Source: Candidatus Binatia bacterium (GTDB lineage: Bacteria; Desulfobacterota; Binatia; Bin18). Taken from it: 41,516 bases of DNA. This document shows positions 10,701 through 17,194 of the stretch, piece after piece; the stretch's first letter is position 1; every line of letters starts with the position of its first letter. Under the pieces are notes generated by a model. That model made no database searches. It saw only the letters and a list, made by a program, of their open reading frames with translations, and had not been told where the DNA came from. The stretch covers positions 1 to 41,516 of the forward strand of contig JBGPOI010000001.1 in assembly GCA_041487975.1 (NCBI GenBank), read 5' to 3'. The position numbers and the translations under genes are program-made.

Positions 10701-10909
10701 ATGCCGATGATGATGACATACTTCGACCCGAATACCCGCTCGACCCAGTTTGTCGCTACGACATACGGGTGCTCTTGGGGGAGCATGGTGTTGGGGTCGA
10801 TAATGACCCGGAGGTGGGTGATTTGAAAGGCTAACACTCCCGTAATGAGTCCCGTGAGTCCAATGAGGAAGAACCTGTAGCGGAGAATTCCCTCTACGTA
10901 GCGCCTCAT
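7757..10909 (-). CDS. MMPL/RND-superfamily (lipid) transporter fused to an extra TM helix and a C-terminal periplasmic LolA-like domain
   Basis: 1050 aa. Shows a 2 x (1 TM + large loop + 5 TM) MMPL topology with GIGADYAIYL-type motifs. After TM12 comes another hydrophobic helix (EITTAFLFVLGLGLCQTGEAW). A 245-aa domain follows, with the DSFAGTDFSYGDV motif typical of the LolA_like 'outer membrane lipoprotein-sorting protein' family. Confidence 0.85.
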   Translation of the reverse strand: MRRYVEGILRYRFFLIGLTGLITGVLAFQITHLRVIIDPNTMLPQEHPYVVATNWVERVFGSKYVIIIGITPKEGDAFSVPVLSKIQRLTTAILDTPGVVKGNILSLAARRAKNIVGTADGIEVRPLMETVPQTVAEIESLRQAVRANPAYVNTIISKDERTAAILAEFREDAGGFQGMVEKVRPLVERERDASVDIALGGLPIFLDRVEAYSQRMAILFVLAVLIMGLIHYEAFRTIQGLILPLVTALLAVVWGLGIMRLAGVPMDVFNGTTPILILAVAAGHAVQILKRYYEEYHRLRETTSLTPTEANRAAVVESVTRIGPVMLTAGSVAALGFLSLVVFEVTTIRTFGIFTGLGILSALILEITFIPALRSLLPAPGQRESRRERERRVWDRITETIAGWVTGPSRWRLYAGVACLLLLWGSGLTRVRMDNSVKSYFFQHLSFQQDDRLLNEHLGGTNTLYLLVEGPRGDAIKDPQVLRAMEATQQFLNRQAHVGKTLSLVDFIKRMNQAMHNDDPSYDRIPESQELISQYLLLYSLSGEPGDFDSYVDYTYQSANIWVFLKTDSSTFLQELIARLDDFLPTQFGDDMRIRIGGSVAQTAALNEVMVHGKILNIIQISGVILFITSVVFRSLLAGLLVLVPLLLAVLANFGLMGLLGIQLNIGTSLISAMAVGIGADYAIYLIYRLREELGRGVDERTACHTALTTAGKAILFVASAVAGGYGVLLFSYGYYIHMWFAILIATAMLVSSLGALTILPSLILTLRPRFVFGAASQRLTTVPEITTAFLFVLGLGLCQTGEAWGDPSTAREIMEKNFAVTRVLDSIADVTFTLINTAGQERVRKTLTVSKLQSNGMDNTQMVRFLSPPDVKGTAILTIEHTDQDDDIWVYLPALKKVRRLVATNKKDSFAGTDFSYGDVIGHKVEDWQHILLREEEVDGQPCYVIESVPRDESVKASSGYSKHNAWIRKDNFVTIKEEFWDRAGQPLKSCKGEDVQLVDPDRGRWRPMRLEATNSQTGHRTIIQFENFKVNQQIPDEFFTARYMEREP

Positions 10910-10915
10910 AGCGAC

Positions 10916-10937
10916 CGTCCTTGTCGCCGTAAGGACG
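10916..10937 (-). promoter_or_regulatory. Hairpin that sequesters the Shine-Dalgarno of the MMPL gene
   Basis: The minus-strand RNA reads CGUCCUU-ACGGCGAC-AAGGACG-GUCGCU-AUG. The only SD-like sequence (AAGGA, 8 nt before the ATG) forms the 3' arm of a 7-bp stem. Confidence 0.35.
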
Positions 10938-11064
10938 CGAGTGCCTGCCTGACCTTGCTTTTTCCTGCAGGCCAGAGACGAACAAAAAGAGAGAGATTAT
11001 TAACGTATAGTGACGCTGTGATCTCGCACGGTCGCATACGGAGATGACTCATCCAGACGCCTCT

Positions 11065-12198
11065 TCAACGGGGCTTCACCACTTGGGGGATGGTAACGGC
11101 CAGGCGTTCGGCCAACATGTGCGAGAGGTTCAGCAGTACCTTTGCAGCAACGGTAGGCTCCTGGGCAATGACTCGATTGAGGAATTCGCCCGAAAGCACG
11201 ATCATCTCGCACGGCGCTTTAGCCACCACATTGGCAGTACGTGGCTTCGCCGTAAAGAAGCTGATCTCGCCGAAGGTATCACCAGCGCCCAGGACCGCCA
11301 GGGGATGGTCGGGTACTTCGGCCAGCACCACTTCCGCAATGCCCGACAGGAGCACAAACACCGCGTTGCCCTGCTCACCCTGCCTCACAATATGATCGCC
11401 CGGCTCCGCCTTGATGAGAGTGGCCTTCGCGAGAAACCGTTCGGCTTCCACGCGGTCGAGACCGTATAACAGCCGCAAACCGTGCAACGGGTCGGTCGCA
11501 ACACGATCGCACAGCATGTCGAAGAACACCCCTTCTGGAAGGAAGGATGCCGTCTCGAAGGCCAGATACTCAGGGTAGGCGCGCTCAAACCATGCCCGTA
11601 CCTCTGGGTCATCGGGATAGCGCGTCGCAACCCGCAGCAGAGGTGACCGGACTCGCTCGAACCGTTGCCGGTCCCGCACGAGCATCAGAATCAAGATCTT
11701 GAAGCCATAGGTAGTGTCATTGTACGCCTGTCTGTAGCGCCGGTAGCCCATATGCTCGTAGAACGGGAGCAGATGCGGGCTGCAATCGCCGTAATTTAGC
11801 CGGACACCACGAGCCATCGCCTCCTCGTATGCAGTCTCCATCAACCGAAGGATCGCCGTGCCGTGACGAAGCCGAGGATGGAGGATGAACCGGCTCGTCG
11901 TGCCAATGGCGGAGCGACCCAGCGCCTCGATCGCCAGCTCCAGCCCGAACTTTTCGACAAGGGGCGTGGGATCGGGCACATCGTCGAGGACTGTGGTCCG
12001 CAGAGACCCCACCACCTCTCCCTCATCGAGGAGAGCATGGGAGACGCTTACGTCATCGAGCGGGTCCCAGAGCCGCTTGCGCGTGTGGTCTGCCTCAGGC
12101 GGCGAAAGCCCTAATTCTTCAACGTAGGCACGATAACGGAAAGCGAAGATTTTCTCCCGCTCCCCTTCCGAACGCCCTGGTGCAACGGTCAATCCCAT
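11065..12198 (-). CDS. GNAT-fold N-acyltransferase (LuxI/FeeM/OlsB-like N-acyl amino acid synthase family) fused to a C-terminal cyclic-nucleotide-binding domain
   Basis: The N-terminal half (EREKIFAFRYRAYVEELGL...WDPLDDVSVSHALLDEGEVVGSLRTT...PFYEHMGYRRY) resembles N-acyl amino acid synthase/autoinducer-synthase-like GNATs. The C-terminal half is a canonical cNMP-binding beta-barrel (GDHIVRQGEQGNAVFVLLSG...GDTFGEISFFTAKPRTANVVA), with the FGE and R-T-A phosphate-binding cassette. Confidence 0.75.
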   Translation of the reverse strand: MGLTVAPGRSEGEREKIFAFRYRAYVEELGLSPPEADHTRKRLWDPLDDVSVSHALLDEGEVVGSLRTTVLDDVPDPTPLVEKFGLELAIEALGRSAIGTTSRFILHPRLRHGTAILRLMETAYEEAMARGVRLNYGDCSPHLLPFYEHMGYRRYRQAYNDTTYGFKILILMLVRDRQRFERVRSPLLRVATRYPDDPEVRAWFERAYPEYLAFETASFLPEGVFFDMLCDRVATDPLHGLRLLYGLDRVEAERFLAKATLIKAEPGDHIVRQGEQGNAVFVLLSGIAEVVLAEVPDHPLAVLGAGDTFGEISFFTAKPRTANVVAKAPCEMIVLSGEFLNRVIAQEPTVAAKVLLNLSHMLAERLAVTIPQVVKPR

Positions 12199-12848
12199 CG
12201 TTGTTGTTCCTCGCCGATTTCCCGGAACATCCGCGTGTATAGGTCGGCCACCACGTCGGCCACGTGGGAGACCGCCATGCAGTCCTCGTCTCGCCGGACA
12301 TACTTCTGGATGCAGTGTGTCATATCCTTCGTGTGATCCACGTCGCTGTCGCCGTGGCGCGCTACGAAGCGCACCCCCTTCCCCGAGAGTCCCGTTACTG
12401 TTTTAAGCTGCTTGGCGACGAGCGCCCCAAGGTCACTGCCCACTACCTCAAGCACATACATCCACCCGAACAGCCCTACAGGGTTCGCGTATCCCGCGAC
12501 GTAGTGCATATAGCCGATCATGGCCTCACACGCCGGAACCGGACGCGCTGCTCGGACCTGCGCCTCGCTCACGTTCAGGTCGCGTAAGTCCTCAAGTGCC
12601 CAAAGGTCATGTCCATGCTCCTCGTCGGCGTGGTGCAGGAGATAGGTCGCGAGTTCCGGGTGTGTGCCCATGCACCGTGCCGCGGCCAGGGCCATGACCT
12701 TTGGGCTGTGCTGCGCATAGTTATAAGCATTGATGAGGTATCGGACATATGCGCTCGGCTCAACGGTCCCGGCAAAGAGAGCTTTGGTGATTTTGGTATC
12801 AGTCAGCTCTGTGATGACCCGCTTACGAACTTCGAGCAGATGTTCCAT
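12189..12848 (-). CDS. Heme-oxygenase-like diiron oxidase / iron-containing redox enzyme family protein (CADD/PqqC/TenA-like fold)
   Basis: The ORF track gives 12189..13040. I prefer ATG 12848 (MEHLLEV), preceded by GGGGAGGAG. The product is a 219-aa all-helical protein. Candidate metal ligands are E65-x6-H72, E134 and H165-x3-D169-x2-H172. Its stop overlaps the downstream acyltransferase start by 10 nt (ATGGGATTGA). Confidence 0.7.
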   Translation of the reverse strand: MEHLLEVRKRVITELTDTKITKALFAGTVEPSAYVRYLINAYNYAQHSPKVMALAAARCMGTHPELATYLLHHADEEHGHDLWALEDLRDLNVSEAQVRAARPVPACEAMIGYMHYVAGYANPVGLFGWMYVLEVVGSDLGALVAKQLKTVTGLSGKGVRFVARHGDSDVDHTKDMTHCIQKYVRRDEDCMAVSHVADVVADLYTRMFREIGEEQQRWD

Positions 12849-13148
12849 GTTTACTCCTCCCCAGATGATGCCGATAGTGAACGCGATGGGAAATCTTCGG
12901 AAAAGCGACAGCAATATACTAAATACTAACGAACGCCGCGATGTGCCATATGCAAATGGAAGAGGGTCGGCAGATGTCTGAGAGCAAGCTGGCTGTTTTT
13001 CGGCCTCGTGCAGGGGGCTTCGCAAATCCAGTCCGTTCATTTATGAATGGGTCGCGAGGCAGCGGGTTTTTTCCTCTGACGTACTTCTGCTACCCTGACT
13101 GCAATATTGGGGAGAATTTTTGAGAAGGAGATATTCAGCACGAGACCT

Positions 13149-15980
13149 ATGGAAGCATCACAACAGAACGGGCACACGGCGACCAAAATACGCGGCAAAC
13201 GTTACGTCTACTCTTTTGGCGGAGGCAAAGCCGACGGCAACGCCGGGCTGAATTGGCTGCTTGGCGGCAAAGGCGCGAATCTCGCCGAGATGGCTGGCCT
13301 GGGGCTCCCGGTGCCGCCCGGCATGACGATTACTACTGAAGTATGCACCTCTTACTACGCGCATCAGCGCAGCTATCCGCTCGAGCTGGAACAACAGGTG
13401 CGCGCGGGGCTCAAAAGGATCGAGAAGATCATCGGCCGGCGCTTTGGCGATCCTAAGGACCCGCTACTGCTCTCCGTGCGCTCCGGTGCGCGCGTGTCGA
13501 TGCCCGGGATGATGGACACCGTTCTCAACCTCGGCCTCAATGACGAGACGATCCAGGGTGTGATCAAACAGTCGGGCAATCCCCGCTTCGCCTACGATTG
13601 TTATCGCCGTTTCGTGCAAATGTATGGGGACGTGGTTCTGGGGCTCAAGCCTGAAGCGAAAACCGAGCGTGACCCTTTTGAAAAGATCCTCGAAGACAAG
13701 AAAGCCGCCCGCGGCATTGAATTGGACACCGAATTCACCGCTGATGACTTACGCGAGTTGGTCGCCGAGTTTAAGGCTGTGATTCAGGACAAACTTCACC
13801 TCACCTTCCCGCAAGATCCGCAGGAGCAGCTCTGGGGCGCCATCGGCGCGGTGTTCGGCTCGTGGGACAATCCGCGTGCAGTCACCTACCGTAAGATCGA
13901 GAACATCCCTGGAGAATGGGGCACTGCGGTAACCGTGCAAGCCATGGTCTTCGGTAACCTGGGAGAAGACTGTGCTACTGGCGTCGCCTTCACCCGTGAT
14001 TTCTCGACCGGGGCGCAAGAACTAAACGGCGATTTTCTCATCAATGCCCAAGGCGAAGACGTTGTCGCCGGCACCCGCACTCCGCAACAGATCACTCTTG
14101 CTGCCTCCCGCGAGCGCGCCGCGCGTGAAGGTCGTTCCGAAGAAGAACGCCAGGCTTCTTATCCCTCTCTGGAAGAACGGATGCCCAGTTGCTTTGCCAA
14201 GCTCCAGGAAATCGCCCACACGCTGGAACGGCATTACAAAGATGCTCAGGACATCGAGTTCACCATTCAAGGAGGGCACTTGTGGATGCTGCAGACGCGG
14301 GCTGGCAAGCGGACAGCCGCGGCGGCAGTAAAGATCGCCGTTGATATGGTACACGAGGAACTCATCGACGAACGCACAGCGGTTTTGCGAGTCGTACCAG
14401 CACAGCTTGAGCAGTTCCTCCACCCTATTCTTGACCCTAACGCGACGAAAGAACGTCTCGCGCGCGGTCTCCCGGCCTCTCCCGGAGCAGTGAGTGGGGA
14501 GGTGGTATTCTCGGCTGACGATGCGGAAGCCGCGGCCCAGGCAGGCCGTAAGGTGATCCTAGTCCGTGTGGAAACCTCACCCGAAGATATTCACGGTATG
14601 CATGCCGCCCAAGGAATCCTCACTGCGCGCGGTGGGGCAACCTCGCACGCTGCCCTAGTCAGCAGAGGTATGGGCAAGTGCGCGGTTGTGGGCTGCGAGG
14701 CGTTAGAAATTGACTACGAGCGTCAGCAGTTCAGCGTGCGAGGGGCAGGGGTGGAGATTCGCGCGGGTGAATGGATCACTCTTGAAGGGTCCACTGGAGA
14801 AGTGTTCCGTGGTCAAGTATCGACGCGTGACCCTAATCCGGACACTTCCGAATTCAAGGCGTTTATGAGTTGGGCGGACCGCTTCCGGCGGCTGCGGGTG
14901 CGTGCCAACGCAGACACGCCGCATGATGCCGAAGTCGCCCGGGCATTCGGAGCCGAGGGGATCGGTCTGTGCCGCACCGAACATATGTTCTTCGAGGGTG
15001 ATCGTATCGATGCCGTGCGTGAGATGATCCTCGCCGAAGACACGGCCGGGCGCATCCGCGCGCTCGACAAAATCGTCCCGATGCAAAAGGGCGACTTTGT
15101 CGGCATTCTTCGCGCAATGGCTGGACTGCCTGTGACGATCCGACTCCTCGACCCGCCGTTGCACGAGTTTCTGCCTCACACCGAAGAAGAGATCGCCGAT
15201 TTGGCACTCAAGCTCAGCGTGCCCGCCGAACGGCTGCGCGCCAAACGCAACGCGCTGCACGAATTCAACCCGATGCTCGGGCACCGCGGGTGTCGTCTGG
15301 GCATTACCTTTCCCGAGATCTACGAAGCGCAAGCCCGCGCGATTATGGAGGCGGCCTGTGAACTCGCGCGCGAAGGGGTACAGGTGATCCCGGAGATCAT
15401 GGTGCCGTTGGTGGGATACAAAAAAGAACTGGAGATGCTGCGTGAGCGCATCATAAGAGTCTGTACGGAGGTGGCCAACACCTGTGGGGTGACAGTGCCC
15501 TACACGGTCGGCACTATGATCGAGGTCCCACGTGCGGCTGTGGTAGCCGACACCATCGCCGCGGCGGCGGACTTCTTCTCTTTCGGCACCAATGACCTGA
15601 CCCAGATGACGCTGGGACTGAGCCGTGATGACGCCGGCAAGTTCTTGGCTGATTACCTTAATCAGGGCATCTTCCCACAGGACCCGTTCGTTTCGCTCGA
15701 CCAGAGTGGCGTGGGCCTGCTGATCGAGTTGGCGGTGCGCAAGGGACGCGCAGCGCGATCTGATCTGAAGATCGGGATCTGTGGAGAGCACGGCGGAGAT
15801 CCGGCCTCTGTCCATTTCTGTCACCAAGCGGGATTGGACTACGTGTCGTGTTCCCCCTATCGAGTCCCGATTGCTCGCCTGGCTGCGGCGCAGGCGGCGC
15901 TACGCGCCACCACAGCGAAGGCCCGCCGTGTCACCCGGACCAGCCGCGTCGGCACCTCTTTAGCTCCGGCAACCGCTTAG
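13149..15980 (+). CDS. ppdK: Pyruvate, phosphate dikinase
   Basis: N-terminal ATP-grasp region (GGKGANLAEM), central phospho-histidine motif (GGATSHAALVSRGMG) and a C-terminal PEP-utilising TIM barrel (GICGEHGGDP). The track start is TTG 13107. ATG 13149 gives a typical N-terminus, but the start is uncertain. Confidence 0.97.
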   Translation: MEASQQNGHTATKIRGKRYVYSFGGGKADGNAGLNWLLGGKGANLAEMAGLGLPVPPGMTITTEVCTSYYAHQRSYPLELEQQVRAGLKRIEKIIGRRFGDPKDPLLLSVRSGARVSMPGMMDTVLNLGLNDETIQGVIKQSGNPRFAYDCYRRFVQMYGDVVLGLKPEAKTERDPFEKILEDKKAARGIELDTEFTADDLRELVAEFKAVIQDKLHLTFPQDPQEQLWGAIGAVFGSWDNPRAVTYRKIENIPGEWGTAVTVQAMVFGNLGEDCATGVAFTRDFSTGAQELNGDFLINAQGEDVVAGTRTPQQITLAASRERAAREGRSEEERQASYPSLEERMPSCFAKLQEIAHTLERHYKDAQDIEFTIQGGHLWMLQTRAGKRTAAAAVKIAVDMVHEELIDERTAVLRVVPAQLEQFLHPILDPNATKERLARGLPASPGAVSGEVVFSADDAEAAAQAGRKVILVRVETSPEDIHGMHAAQGILTARGGATSHAALVSRGMGKCAVVGCEALEIDYERQQFSVRGAGVEIRAGEWITLEGSTGEVFRGQVSTRDPNPDTSEFKAFMSWADRFRRLRVRANADTPHDAEVARAFGAEGIGLCRTEHMFFEGDRIDAVREMILAEDTAGRIRALDKIVPMQKGDFVGILRAMAGLPVTIRLLDPPLHEFLPHTEEEIADLALKLSVPAERLRAKRNALHEFNPMLGHRGCRLGITFPEIYEAQARAIMEAACELAREGVQVIPEIMVPLVGYKKELEMLRERIIRVCTEVANTCGVTVPYTVGTMIEVPRAAVVADTIAAAADFFSFGTNDLTQMTLGLSRDDAGKFLADYLNQGIFPQDPFVSLDQSGVGLLIELAVRKGRAARSDLKIGICGEHGGDPASVHFCHQAGLDYVSCSPYRVPIARLAAAQAALRATTAKARRVTRTSRVGTSLAPATA

Positions 15981-16000
15981 CCGGCCGAGGAAAAACCTCT

Positions 16001-16031
16001 CGTTCGCCTCGCGAAAGGTTTGGGGCGAACG
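16001..16031 (+). terminator. Hairpin after ppdK (weak terminator candidate)
   Basis: CGTTCGCC, a 15-nt loop, then GGCGAACG, 20 nt after the ppdK stop. No U-tract follows. Confidence 0.3.
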
Positions 16032-16116
16032 GGGGAAATCTGAAATCGCGGATGACTTTTCGTTCATGCTGAGCTTGTTGCAGCGTCAAAACTACCTCCT
16101 CAGCATTCTCCTAGAT

Positions 16117-17004
16117 ATGTCAACCCCGCCAATCAATGGGCAGACTCGGGTAGTCGGAATCTTCGGCGATCCGATCGCTCACACTCGTTCACCGGCAATG
16201 CACAACGCCGCGTTTCGCGCGCGCGACTTGCCCTACGTGTACATCCCATTCCTCGTGCGACCCGCTGATCTTTCTAGAGCAATCCAGAGTGTCCGTGCTC
16301 TTAACCTGGCCGGAGTGAACGTCACGGTTCCTCACAAAGAGCGCATCGTGCGCTACCTTGATGTACTCAGTGCTGAAGCCGAGTTGTGTGGTGCGGTGAA
16401 CACTGTAGTGCACCGCGAAGGCACTTTGTTCGGCGACAACACCGACGGCCGTGGTTTTCTGGTCTCTCTGCAGGAGCGAGGACTCTCCCCGCGGAGACGG
16501 GAGGTCGTGCTCATCGGCGCCGGCGGGGCAACCCGAGCAGTGTTGGTGTCTTTGATCCGTGCCGGCAGTGCGCGAGTTACGATCGTGAATCGCACTTTGG
16601 CCAAATCCCAAGCTCTGGTCCGTAAGTACGGTTCACTTGGCAAGACCCAGCTGGCAGCTCTTCCGTTTGCTGCTCTGCAAGAGCCAGCTCCGTTTAAAGA
16701 CGCGGCTTTGGTTGTCAATTGCACCTCGGTCGGCCTCCACGGTGAAGACTTTCCTCCGCTTCCCTACGCTGCTACCCCGCGGAGTTGTTTGTTCTACGAT
16801 CTACTCTATCGCCCAGGACAGACCTCCTTTTTGCGGCAAGCACGCCAAGCGCGCCGTCCGATTCTCGACGGCCGGCGCATGCTCTTGCACCAAGGAGCTT
16901 TAGCCTTTTCTCTCTGGACGCGCACGCCAGCACCGATCGAGGTCATGGCGCGGGCCCTGGCCCGTGCCCTCCAACCCGAACCGGCTAACCACAGACATCG
17001 TTGA
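16117..17004 (+). CDS. aroE: Shikimate dehydrogenase
   Basis: Carries the motifs GDPIAHTRSPAMHNAAF, NVTVPHK, NTDG and GAGGATRAV. The track start is 16066. ATG 16117 gives the usual short N-terminus. Confidence 0.93.
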   Translation: MSTPPINGQTRVVGIFGDPIAHTRSPAMHNAAFRARDLPYVYIPFLVRPADLSRAIQSVRALNLAGVNVTVPHKERIVRYLDVLSAEAELCGAVNTVVHREGTLFGDNTDGRGFLVSLQERGLSPRRREVVLIGAGGATRAVLVSLIRAGSARVTIVNRTLAKSQALVRKYGSLGKTQLAALPFAALQEPAPFKDAALVVNCTSVGLHGEDFPPLPYAATPRSCLFYDLLYRPGQTSFLRQARQARRPILDGRRMLLHQGALAFSLWTRTPAPIEVMARALARALQPEPANHRHR

Positions 17005-17194
17005 CAACGCCTCACGCCCTATAGAACTGACGAGAGCCAGCACGTCTAGCAGCCCGAAGAAGGATAGTCTAAATTTAGCTGGTGATCTGCCGATTCCAAG
17101 GTAGGACCTTGAAAAGGGTCCTGGGATAACCTGCCTGGGAAAAACTCTCACGAGTTTTAGCTGACTGAGTGTAGTGAAAGGAGAAACAGCCCGC

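Noticed and set aside
12849-13040. N-terminal 64-codon extension of the heme-oxygenase-like ORF
   Set aside because: The extension has no RBS and a low-complexity hydrophobic sequence. The internal ATG 12848 is preceded by GGGGAGGAG and starts the conserved helical domain.
13036-13047. Palindrome TTCAT-TT-ATGAA in the ppdK / diiron-oxidase divergent region as a CRP/FNR-type site
   Set aside because: The arms are only 5 bp and the spacing does not fit TGTGA-N6-TCACA or TTGAT-N4-ATCAA. This is too weak to call.
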